Assembly (NCBI RefSeq): GCF_029504745.1
Contig: NZ_JAQFIQ010000027.1
Coordinates: forward strand, 1,418 to 33,417
Source of the DNA: Breznakia sp. PF5-3
GTDB lineage: Bacteria > Bacillota_I > Bacilli_A > Erysipelotrichales > Erysipelotrichaceae
Direction of reading: 5' to 3'
DNA length: 32,000 nucleotides
This document shows positions 19,606 through 27,007 of this stretch, in pieces. Made by a program: the position numbers and the translations under genes. Numbering within the stretch: the first letter of the stretch is position 1; the number at the start of each line of letters is the position of its first letter. The notes under the pieces are model-generated. The model was not told where the DNA came from. It saw only the letters and a program-made list of their open reading frames with translations, and did not search any database.

Positions 19606-20437
19606 GGCTTATGCGAAAATTAATTTAACCTTGGATGTGATTAGGAAAAGAGAAGATGGGTATCATGAAATGGATATGATTATGACACCGATATCTTTAT
19701 ATGATACCTTAGATGTAGAAGTTGCTGATCAAGATACTTTTTCAAGCAATGTAGAAGGATTAAGGTTTGATGAGAATAATACCATTTATCGGGCTGTTTC
19801 TTTGATGAGAGAGCATTATCAGATAGCAGAGCACTTTTGTATTACATTAGACAAACGCATCCCCATGCAGGCTGGATTGGCTGGAGGTAGTGCTGATGGA
19901 GCAGCAATGTTGATTGCAATCAATCACTTATGTAACTTACAACTAAGTGAACAAGAACTTGTTCGTATTGGCGTGAAGATTGGCGCAGATGTTCCCTTTT
20001 GCTTATTAAATAGATTAAGTAGAGTACAAGGGATTGGTGAAAAAATACATCCTATTTCTTCACAGTTAAATAAACACATTTTACTTGTAAAGCCACAAAG
20101 TGGTGTTTCAACAAAAGAAGCATTTCAAAATATTGATTTTAAAGTATGTGAACATCCTAATGTGAGTTTAGTAGAGAAAATGTTAACCCAAAATGATGAA
20201 CAATTTGTCAAACATTTGGGTAATACATTACAACAACCTGCAATAAAGTTAAATAAAGACATTGCAGATGTTCGAAAAGCTATGCAACAATTTCCCTTTG
20301 ATTGTGTGTTGATGTCAGGAAGTGGATCTTGTGTGTTTGCTTTATCGGATGATATCGACTTAATAGTAGAGGCAAAGAGGCATTTAAAAAATACATATGA
20401 TTTTGTAGAAAGTTGTTCCATGGTGAAAAATAGTTGA
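19595..20437 (+). CDS. ispE: 4-diphosphocytidyl-2-C-methyl-D-erythritol kinase
   Basis: AYAKINLTLDV, the GHMP-kinase motif PMQAGLAGGSADGAA, and MSGSGSCVFAL near the C-terminus. Confidence 0.9.
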   Translation: MEVKAYAKINLTLDVIRKREDGYHEMDMIMTPISLYDTLDVEVADQDTFSSNVEGLRFDENNTIYRAVSLMREHYQIAEHFCITLDKRIPMQAGLAGGSADGAAMLIAINHLCNLQLSEQELVRIGVKIGADVPFCLLNRLSRVQGIGEKIHPISSQLNKHILLVKPQSGVSTKEAFQNIDFKVCEHPNVSLVEKMLTQNDEQFVKHLGNTLQQPAIKLNKDIADVRKAMQQFPFDCVLMSGSGSCVFALSDDIDLIVEAKRHLKNTYDFVESCSMVKNS

Positions 20438-20445
20438 GGTAGATT

Positions 20446-21231
20446 ATGGCGCTGTTTAAGAAAAAAGAAAAGAAATTAAAGAAAATTAGTGAAGATTGGG
20501 AATTTTATTATACAGAGATAGATGATAATGTTGCCTCAATTCGTTTGGATATGGGGTTAGAAACATTTTCTGAATATACTAAGTTAAAAAACACATATGT
20601 TTTTAGTGTTTTTTATGATGACCAATATCCAAATGGATTTCCAACAAAAGAATCAACAGCGATGTTACATGCTATTGAAGATAGCCTAGAAGCAAGATGG
20701 GGGATATATGATATCTATAGTGTTGGGATGATTACAGGCAATGGGCAACGAAGCTTTGTATTCATGAGTGAGCATGAAATGTCTTGGGAAAAGATGTGTT
20801 CCAAAATTATGAAACGTAGAAAGCATATTAAATTTTCAATGAGAATTTTAAGAAATGATAAAGGTCGCTATTATGAAGAAATATTATATCCAGATGTATA
20901 TGGAATGGAATGGATAAAAAATCGGAATATCTGTCAACGATTAGGAGATCAAGGAGAAACGTTTAGTGAAGAGCGAATCATCGATTTCTATACGTGCTTT
21001 CCAAAACAAGAGGATGCAGAAAAATTTGTTGCAATGCTAACATCAGAAGATATGAAGTTAACAGACTTTGATATTAATCTAAATGAAAAAAAGGAATATT
21101 TAGTATATTTTAGAACCTTTGATATTCCTAGTCAGGAAATAATGAATCAGTATAGTAAAAGGCTACTTACTTTAACAATTCAAAACCATGGAAAGTTTGA
21201 GGGTTGGGGGACAACGATTATAAAAGAATAA
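20446..21231 (+). CDS. DUF695-like N-terminal domain fused to an RraB-like (regulator of RNase activity B family) domain
   Basis: 261 aa. The N-terminus (WEFYYTEIDDNVASIRLDMGL...FPTKEST..L..IED.L) resembles DUF695. The C-terminus ends ...GKFEGWGT, resembling the RraB-family G.YDGWG ending. Family assignment is from memory of these profiles. Confidence 0.5.
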   Translation: MALFKKKEKKLKKISEDWEFYYTEIDDNVASIRLDMGLETFSEYTKLKNTYVFSVFYDDQYPNGFPTKESTAMLHAIEDSLEARWGIYDIYSVGMITGNGQRSFVFMSEHEMSWEKMCSKIMKRRKHIKFSMRILRNDKGRYYEEILYPDVYGMEWIKNRNICQRLGDQGETFSEERIIDFYTCFPKQEDAEKFVAMLTSEDMKLTDFDINLNEKKEYLVYFRTFDIPSQEIMNQYSKRLLTLTIQNHGKFEGWGTTIIKE

Positions 21232-21272
21232 AAGAGTTGTTTTTCTTATTTGATTATGCCATTATATAGGAT

Positions 21273-22151
21273 ATGAAAACAGTAAAAGCAAAAACGATTT
21301 TACAAAATATGAAATATGGAAATCAATGGTTTGGTTCAGATTATAATATGAACTTATACCGTGGTTGTTGTCATGGTTGTATTTATTGTGATAGTCGTAG
21401 CAATTGTTATCGAATTGATAATTTTGATGAAGTGACAGTAAAAGAAAATGCATTAACAATTTTAGATCGGGAATTAGCATATCGAAAAAAAGGGGTTGTA
21501 GGTTTAGGTGCAATGTCAGATCACTATAATCCATTTGAAAAGGATTTGGAAATTACAAGAGGAGCCTTAAAGCTTATTGAGCAAAATGGTTATGGTTTAT
21601 CATTAGAAACGAAAAGTGCAACGATTACTAGAGATATTGATCTTTTTAAAAAAATACAAGCAAAGCACAATGTAATTTTAAAACTGACAATTACTTGTAC
21701 AGATGATCAATTATGTAAAAAGATAGAGCCTAATGTATCGATAGCAAGTGAACGATTTAAAGCTGTGAAGCAGTTGAGTGATGCTGGGTTGTTTGTAGGA
21801 ATTTTATTTACACCATGGTTACCATTTATTACGGATACAGAAGAGAATGTCCGTACGCTTGTTAAACAAGCACATGAAGCAGGTGCTCACTTTATCTATG
21901 CATCTACTGGAGTAACCTTAAGAGAAAATCAGATGGAGTATTATTTTCAACAATTAGATAAATTGTTTCCAGGATTGAGTGATAAATATCGACAGGTTTA
22001 TCGTGGAAGATATGCATGTAATACGTTGAATAAGAATTTATATAAGATTTTTGAACAAGAATGCAAACGATATGGTATGCTTTATAAAATGCAAGATATT
22101 ATCAATGCTTATAAAAAACCAAGAGGAATTGTTCAAGAAAGCTTGTTTTAA
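21273..22151 (+). CDS. radical SAM protein, SplB/DNA-photolyase-like (COG1533-type)
   Basis: CxxxCxxC cluster in YRGCCHGCIYCDSR near the N-terminus. Size 292 aa. Exact substrate unknown. The SD is poor, so the start is uncertain. Confidence 0.7.
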   Translation: MKTVKAKTILQNMKYGNQWFGSDYNMNLYRGCCHGCIYCDSRSNCYRIDNFDEVTVKENALTILDRELAYRKKGVVGLGAMSDHYNPFEKDLEITRGALKLIEQNGYGLSLETKSATITRDIDLFKKIQAKHNVILKLTITCTDDQLCKKIEPNVSIASERFKAVKQLSDAGLFVGILFTPWLPFITDTEENVRTLVKQAHEAGAHFIYASTGVTLRENQMEYYFQQLDKLFPGLSDKYRQVYRGRYACNTLNKNLYKIFEQECKRYGMLYKMQDIINAYKKPRGIVQESLF

Positions 22152-22155
22152 TATG

Positions 22156-22184
22156 TTGAGAGAAATGTAGAATTTTGTTATTAT
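22156..22184 (+). promoter_or_regulatory. sigma-A-type promoter of aroD
   Basis: TTGAGA (22156-22161), 17 nt, TATTAT (22179-22184). SD AGAGG lies 7 nt before ATG 22206. Confidence 0.5.
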
Positions 22185-22205
22185 ATGCAATATAGAGGTA
22201 TTTAT

Positions 22206-22943
22206 ATGGAAAGATTCAAAATAAAAAATATAGACATAGGAAGTGGAAAAACAAAGATATGTGTTCCAATTACAGGAACAACACAGGATGAAATAATTAA
22301 AAATGTAAAAGCTATAGCAAAAACACATGCAGATATGGTAGAATGGCGTAGTGATTATTATGAAGATTGTCATGATATCAGTAAAGTTGTTGAAGTGTTG
22401 AAAATGATTAATGAATGTATTCCAGAGAAACCGCTTATTTTCACTTTCCGAACAAAATCGGAAGGTGGGCAAATCGCAATTACAGCACCAGAATATTTAT
22501 TGCTTTATAAAACAGCGATGCTTAGTAAGAAAGTGGATTTTGTAGATGTGGAAGCACTTCGTGAAGAGGCAGTAATCAAAAATATTTTGAAGCATGCGAA
22601 AACGGCAGGAATTAAAGTGATTTTATCGCATCATGATTTTGCTTCAACACCACCTGAGGAAAAGATAGTTCAACGTTTAAAAATAATGAAAGAATTTGGT
22701 GCAGATATATGTAAGGTTGCATATATGCCAAGAAATGAAGCAGATGTACAAGCGCTTATCAGCGCAGCTGAAAATGCTAAACAAAATAATTTATTATTTA
22801 TTGCGATATCTATGGGTGTGTTAGGCGAAGTTACAAGGATAAGAGCAAATGCACTTGGATCTTGTGTTACCTTTGCTTATGTAAATAAGGAGAGTGCACC
22901 AGGTCAAATTGATGTTGAAAAGTTATACAGTATATTGGAATAA
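22206..22943 (+). CDS. aroD: type I 3-dehydroquinate dehydratase
   Basis: 245 aa with KICVPITG, VEWR.D, SHHDF..TP and the Schiff-base lysine context CKVAYMP. Confidence 0.88.
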   Translation: MERFKIKNIDIGSGKTKICVPITGTTQDEIIKNVKAIAKTHADMVEWRSDYYEDCHDISKVVEVLKMINECIPEKPLIFTFRTKSEGGQIAITAPEYLLLYKTAMLSKKVDFVDVEALREEAVIKNILKHAKTAGIKVILSHHDFASTPPEEKIVQRLKIMKEFGADICKVAYMPRNEADVQALISAAENAKQNNLLFIAISMGVLGEVTRIRANALGSCVTFAYVNKESAPGQIDVEKLYSILE

Positions 22944-23018
22944 ATAAAAATTTATATGAAATAGAAATAAGGAAATAAGAATAGGATTTCAAAAGAAATA
23001 CTATATTTATATTTAATG

Positions 23019-23074
23019 AAGGGCAAACTATCATCTTTTACTTTTTTTAGTTAAGATATGTTGCCCTTTTATTA
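23019..23074 (+). terminator. long imperfect hairpin plus T-run after aroD
   Basis: AAGGGCAA (23019-23026) pairs with TTGCCCTT (23061-23068), with inner pairing ATCTT/AAGAT, followed by TTTATT. Confidence 0.45.
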
Positions 23075-23134
23075 TGCAATAAAGGGGTGATAATCTTAAC
23101 TATTTTAATTTTATATAGAAAAAAGTGTAAGATG

Positions 23135-23163
23135 TGAACCTTTTTGATGTAAAAAGTGTCTAA
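23135..23163 (+). promoter_or_regulatory. ECF-type promoter copy P1 (TGAAC-N18-GTCTAA)
   Basis: TGAAC 23135-23139 and GTCTAA 23158-23163, followed by TTAATGAAGGG. Same motif, spacing and downstream bases as P2 and P3. Lies 54 nt before the sigma-fragment ORF. Confidence 0.6.
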
Positions 23164-23216
23164 TTAATGAAGGGATAATTATTTGGAAGTAAAGTAAATA
23201 GGAAGGAAGTGCAAAT

Positions 23217-23564
23217 ATGGAAATCGGATCAGATGTTATTCTAGCAGTAAAAACAGAAATCGAAAATATGCCAGTAAAATATAAATTTATTGCATTGCTT
23301 TGGTATTTTGAAGAATTTACTGTTGTAGACATTTCAAATATTTTGAATATTCCAGAAGAAATCGTGGAAATTAGAATTGATAAAGTAGAAAGTATGATTC
23401 GTCCTACAATTTTGGTAGAAGGAATGACTTCGGCAAGAAAGTATTCAAAACATTTTCCTGTTGTGGTTTCAAAGGCGTTTGATTTGATTATTAAGAGTTA
23501 TCAGATGCCTGCTGAAACAGAGAGTAGAATATATGTAAACATTTTAAATACATGTCTTTCATAA
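23217..23564 (+). pseudogene. truncated paralog of the sigma fusions: region 4 plus juxtamembrane segment only (115 aa); gene remnant or sigma4-only protein
   Basis: ILAVKTEIENMPVKYKFIALLWYFEEFTVVDISNILNIPEEIVEIRIDKVESMIRP aligns with SF1 ISTIKTEIENMPNTLVQVAQLRYFEDFTTREISEIMDIPEGTVKTRLNKVRKIIQP. Region 2, the TM span and the C-terminal domain are missing, and the GTVK.R helix is degraded to EIVEIR. The ORF is intact with an SD-like GGAAGGAAG. Confidence 0.55.
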
Positions 23565-23592
23565 AATGGAAAAAATATATATAGAAAAAAGT

Positions 23593-23630
23593 AGCAGATA
23601 GAACAACGTGTTTTATTTGCTTTTTATTTT
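23593..23630 (+). terminator. hairpin plus T-run after the sigma-fragment ORF
   Basis: AGCAGATA (23593-23600) pairs with TATTTGCT (23614-23621, one G-U), followed by TTTTTATTTT. Confidence 0.45.
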
Positions 23631-23771
23631 GAAAATGAAAATTATGCTATTTAAGTGAAAAATAGCATAGAATATTACACAATTGTAAATACTTATGGTA
23701 TGCTTTTAGTATGGAATTATTCTAATCAAAATTAGCAAATAGAAGATAAATGTTTATTTTTTTATAAAAAA

Positions 23772-23800
23772 TGAACGAAAAGAATAATGAAATTGTCTAA
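23772..23800 (+). promoter_or_regulatory. ECF-type promoter copy P2 (TGAAC-N18-GTCTAA)
   Basis: AATGAACGAAA...TTGTCTAAAT with TGAAC 23772-23776 and GTCTAA 23795-23800. Lies 75 nt upstream of the SF1 start. Confidence 0.65.
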
Positions 23801-23874
23801 ATTAAGAGGAAATTTGAATTTATTAAGGAAATATGCTAATTTTGTTTTGAATAATAAAAAAAAGGGAGCACATA

Positions 23875-25191
23875 ATGGGTAAAAAAAGTATTGATGTGAA
23901 ATATGTAAAACGATTGAAACAAGGCGATCCTGAAGCTTTTGAAGAAATCTTTCGTTTTTATAAAGACTCTATATATTATTTTTCCTTAACCTTTTTGAAG
24001 AATCGAGCAGATGCGGAAGAAATTGTTCAAGAAACCTTTATAACAGCAATGAAAAATATTGGTTCTTTGGAAAAACCGGCATCATTTCATTCTTGGCTTC
24101 ACAAAATAGCGTATAATAAATCAATGACCCTCTACAAAAAGAATAGCAAGAATGTACAACTAGATAGTGATTTTGATCTAGAAAACATGATTGAAGGAGA
24201 GGAAGGTCCAGCTGGTATGTTATCGCGTAATGAACTAATTTCAACTATAAAAACCGAAATTGAAAATATGCCTAATACATTAGTTCAGGTCGCACAATTG
24301 CGTTATTTTGAGGATTTTACAACCAGAGAGATTTCTGAAATAATGGATATTCCTGAAGGAACGGTTAAAACAAGGTTAAATAAAGTTAGAAAGATAATTC
24401 AACCAAAGCTTGATACAAAAGGGTTTTCTCCTGCAAAATATTTTTCATTTGCGTTTACACCAATAATGTTTAGTGCTTTCCAACAAATTATTGATTCACA
24501 TACTTTGTCAAATGCAGTAGCAAATAAGATGTTTGAAAATATGTCAGTAGCAATTGGTGGAGCGGCAGGATTAGCTGCAAGTGCAGGCGCAGCAGCAGGT
24601 TCTGCAGGTGCAGGTGCATCAAATGCAAGCAATGGATTGCTTACAGCAGCCAAGGTTGCAGTGGCAGCTGTTGCTGGAGGGTCTGGTGTCTATGGAGTTT
24701 ATAATGTAGTGCAATCAACAGGGCCTAATGTAGAGCAAATTTCATATTATAATGAAATAACGAATAAAGATATTGAGGTTGAAGTAATATTAAGTAAAAA
24801 AGAAAATGAAGAAGATATAAAAATATTGTATAATGGTAATGATGTAACATTTACTGCTGAAGACAAGACATTGACATTTGTAGCGAAAGCAAATGGTGAA
24901 TATGTAGTAGAAGTTGGCGGAACACAAAATATATTTACAATTTCCAACATTGATAAACAATCACCGGAGTTGATATCTGTCGAAAAGAGTGGAAATAGTG
25001 TGGTATTTTCATATAATGATGATGTTTCAGGAATTGATTTTGAAAAATCATATATTACTGTAAGTACAGGGGAAAAAATAAGCTTACCAACTAATAACGT
25101 AATCAATGGTGATTATAGTGGTAGTATAAAAGTAAACTTATATGATAAAGCGGGGAATGTTGCAGAATATGAAGTAGATTTAGATGCATAA
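23875..25191 (+). CDS. ECF-type sigma factor fused to a hydrophobic (predicted TM) span and a beta-rich C-terminal domain (SF1, 438 aa)
   Basis: aa 1-178 are sigma-70 region 2 (FYKDSIYYFSLTFLKNRADAEEIVQETF...FHSWLHKIAYN) and region 4 (VAQLRYFEDFTTREISEIMDIPEGTVKTRLNKVRK). aa 225-279 are Ala/Gly-rich and hydrophobic (…GLLTAAKVAVAAVAGGSGVYGVY). aa 280-438 show alternating-strand patterning with a DKQSP junction. SD AGGGAG lies 6 nt before the ATG. Confidence 0.8.
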   Translation: MGKKSIDVKYVKRLKQGDPEAFEEIFRFYKDSIYYFSLTFLKNRADAEEIVQETFITAMKNIGSLEKPASFHSWLHKIAYNKSMTLYKKNSKNVQLDSDFDLENMIEGEEGPAGMLSRNELISTIKTEIENMPNTLVQVAQLRYFEDFTTREISEIMDIPEGTVKTRLNKVRKIIQPKLDTKGFSPAKYFSFAFTPIMFSAFQQIIDSHTLSNAVANKMFENMSVAIGGAAGLAASAGAAAGSAGAGASNASNGLLTAAKVAVAAVAGGSGVYGVYNVVQSTGPNVEQISYYNEITNKDIEVEVILSKKENEEDIKILYNGNDVTFTAEDKTLTFVAKANGEYVVEVGGTQNIFTISNIDKQSPELISVEKSGNSVVFSYNDDVSGIDFEKSYITVSTGEKISLPTNNVINGDYSGSIKVNLYDKAGNVAEYEVDLDA

Positions 25192-25208
25192 TATAAATGG
25201 AGATGAAT

Positions 25209-26549
25209 ATGAAAAAAATAAGAAAAATAAAAATATTCTTTCTAATTGCAATAATGTTATTTGGAACCATTTTGGCGAGTAGCATTTTTCGTGCATCCAT
25301 AAGTGCAGATGATGAAACTAAAGTACATGTAAATGTCTATAGTAATTTATATTATAATAACAATGGTAATTATGAGGATATTCCAGTAGAAGGATTACCT
25401 TATGAAGCAGATGTAGTATTAGAAATACATGCTTCTACAAAGAAAGAATATGAAACGGTAATTGATTATAAAGATAAAGTAGGAACAGTAGTATATTCAT
25501 ATTATGATGGAGTGTTAAAAATTGATGATCGCAATGCTACACAAGAAGAATATGAAGCATTTATTGGCAATGGGATGTCAGATGTACTTTCAAGTAAGGA
25601 AAGAATATATACTTTACATTTGAAATCAACAGGTGAAGATGAAGGGTTGATAACTTGTGGTATTAATTTTCTTTTTAGACATCCAAGTGGAACAATTAAA
25701 TATTTGTATACATTGAAGCATAAAGGTTTATTTCATGGCGAAACATATGCTGTAAATTTTTATGATTATGATGGTTCTGTAATAAAAAGTGAACGTGTAA
25801 AACCAGGAACAGCTGTAGAAGTTCCAACGGTTAAAAGAGAAGGATATAATTTTCTTGGTTTCAATACGCTTGAAAATGGAACAGGTGAATATTATAAAGG
25901 TCAAGAAATAGTTGAAGATATGTCATTTTATGCTATTTATGAAAAAAAGATATATCGGGTAAATTATTATGTGGATGATGAATTATATACAACACGAGAA
26001 GTTGCTCATGGTGAAGATGCAGAAAATATTAAATTAAAAGACACAGCGAGTCGTAAATTTGTTGGATGGGACAAGAGCTTAAATAATGTTACTAGTGATT
26101 ATGATGTACATGCAGTATTTAAAACAATTAAACCTATACCAAGTCCGCCAAAAGATGCAGAAAAACCAAGTACAGATACTTCTATAAAAGAAAAGGAAGT
26201 TATTGCGAAGCCAAGTGAGGCAGTAACCCCAAAAGCAGAAATAGAACAAAAAGAACCATCAAAAAAAGATGAAAAAAAGGCAGCGAAAGTAAAAGCTAAA
26301 ATTAAAAAAACAAGTTCTATTGAAGGAAATGATACATTAGAAGCAGATAATAAAGCAGCTATAATAAATAATGATGATAATGCAGAGGTGATTGATTCAG
26401 AAGAGAAAGTATCAGCTTCTGTGGCAAGCAAAGAGGTGGGTTCATCAAAGGATGACACATTAATGAAACTATTGCCGTTTGCTGTTTCAACATTAAGCAT
26501 GTTGGTATTGTTATTATTGACGGTAAAAAGTAAGATTTTTAAAAGATAA
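25209..26549 (+). CDS. secreted/surface protein with two Listeria-Bacteroides (Flg_new-type) repeats, a K/E/P-rich stalk and a C-terminal hydrophobic anchor
   Basis: Signal peptide MKKIRKIKIFFLIAIMLFGTILASSIFRASISA. Repeat 1 is YAVNFYDYDGSVIKSERVKPGTAVEVPTVKREGYNFLGFN...SFYAIYEKK and repeat 2 is YRVNYYVDDELYTTREVAHGEDA...RKFVGWDKSLNNVTSDYDVHAVFK. The tail is LLPFAVSTLSMLVLLLLTVKSKIFKR, with no LPXTG. ATG 25209 lies 6 nt after GGAG and 17 nt after the SF1 stop. Confidence 0.7.
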   Translation: MKKIRKIKIFFLIAIMLFGTILASSIFRASISADDETKVHVNVYSNLYYNNNGNYEDIPVEGLPYEADVVLEIHASTKKEYETVIDYKDKVGTVVYSYYDGVLKIDDRNATQEEYEAFIGNGMSDVLSSKERIYTLHLKSTGEDEGLITCGINFLFRHPSGTIKYLYTLKHKGLFHGETYAVNFYDYDGSVIKSERVKPGTAVEVPTVKREGYNFLGFNTLENGTGEYYKGQEIVEDMSFYAIYEKKIYRVNYYVDDELYTTREVAHGEDAENIKLKDTASRKFVGWDKSLNNVTSDYDVHAVFKTIKPIPSPPKDAEKPSTDTSIKEKEVIAKPSEAVTPKAEIEQKEPSKKDEKKAAKVKAKIKKTSSIEGNDTLEADNKAAIINNDDNAEVIDSEEKVSASVASKEVGSSKDDTLMKLLPFAVSTLSMLVLLLLTVKSKIFKR

Positions 26550-26571
26550 GTAAAAAAACTTATCTTTTTTT
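26544..26571 (+). terminator. intrinsic terminator overlapping the surface-protein stop codon
   Basis: AGATAAGT (26544-26551) pairs with ACTTATCT (26558-26565), followed by TTTTTT. Confidence 0.7.
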
Positions 26572-26580
26572 AAAAATAAA

Positions 26581-26609
26581 TGAACGAAATGCTATTTTTA
26601 CTTGTCTAA
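26581..26609 (+). promoter_or_regulatory. ECF-type promoter copy P3 (TGAAC-N18-GTCTAA)
   Basis: AATGAACGAAA...TTGTCTAAAT with TGAAC 26581-26585 and GTCTAA 26604-26609. Lies about 400 nt upstream of the SF2 start. Confidence 0.65.
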
Positions 26610-26901
26610 ATAATGAGGTGGATAGAGAAGCTAGATGTATAAGAAACTTGATGCAATGAAAGAAGTAATAAATTTATGACCTAATATATTATGACCAAAT
26701 ATACTATACAACTTCTGGAGGGGCGTTATATATCGTAGATAAATAACTTGTATTATAATAATCAAAATTTTTAGACATTACACTCACATAATTGTTCATC
26801 GGAGGGGGATGAACCTAAGCGTATGGGAAGATAGGATTTTAGATAATAATTGAAATCTTATACATCTACAAGCATTGTTTAAGGCAGATTATTGAATTGA
26901 A

Positions 26902-26939
26902 AAGGAAAAGGTTCGTTTAACGAACTTTTTCCTTTTTAT
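26902..26939 (+). terminator. strong intrinsic terminator inside the P3-to-SF2 leader
   Basis: GGAAAAGGTTCG (26905-26916) pairs with CGAACTTTTTCC (26922-26933, one G-U). Flanking A/T pairs extend the stem, followed by TTTTT. Confidence 0.75.
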
Positions 26940-26953
26940 GCGAGGTGTTTTAA

Positions 26954-26982
26954 TTGTATTTTTATAGCGAGTGTGGTATTAC
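26954..26982 (+). promoter_or_regulatory. possible sigma-A-type promoter directly upstream of SF2
   Basis: TTGTAT (26954-26959), 17 nt, TGgTATTAC (26974-26982). Both hexamers are imperfect. Confidence 0.3.
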
Positions 26983-27007
26983 TATTGTGGGGAAAGCAAG
27001 GAGTAGT

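Noticed and set aside
21262-22472. Minus-strand ORFs 21262-21534 and 22038-22472.
   Set aside because: They are antisense to the radical-SAM gene and aroD. The peptides are Asn/Phe/Ile-rich AT-bias products without an SD.
23643-23669. Perfect 10-bp hairpin TATGCTATTT-N7-AAATAGCATA about 100 nt upstream of P2.
   Set aside because: It is real in the sequence but not followed by a T-run, so it is not a terminator. It has no counterpart near P1 or P3. There is not enough evidence to assign a function, so it is noted only.
23812-23880. 22-codon TTG-initiated ORF (MNLLRKYANFVLNNKKKGAHNG) in the P2 leader, overlapping the SF1 start.
   Set aside because: It has a TTG start only 3-4 nt after the AGAGGA. 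No counterpart exists in the P1 or P3 leaders beyond the shared first bases. It is most simply leader sequence.
24399-24653. 84-aa Ala/Pro-rich minus-strand ORF.
   Set aside because: It is an artefact of the GC-rich GCAGG/GGTGCA tract that encodes the Ala/Gly-rich segment of SF1 on the plus strand.
26450-26549. Searched the C-terminus of the surface protein for an LPXTG/NPQTN/SPKTG-type sortase motif.
   Set aside because: No such pentapeptide precedes the hydrophobic tail, so I did not call it a sortase substrate.
26635-26679. Tiny ORFs in the P3 leader (MYKKLDAMKEVINL at 26635-26679, MRWIEKLDV, MTKYTIQLLEGRYIS, MNLSVWEDRILDNN).
   Set aside because: None has an SD at a workable distance: the GAGGTGG is 14 nt away and the GGAGGGGG abuts its ATG. 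None resembles the sigma paralogs. The region is treated as non-coding.
26954-27007. Upstream alternative starts proposed by the track for SF2. Similar cases are 2571, 9266, 9918, 14713, 15536, 16203, 17709, 18745, 22185, 25197, 30385 and 31447.
   Set aside because: Several are non-ATG codons (for example TTG at 14713, 16203, 18745, 26954 and 31447, GTG at 30385) and none has an SD. In each case an in-frame ATG a few codons downstream is preceded by a well-spaced SD and gives the family-typical N-terminus.
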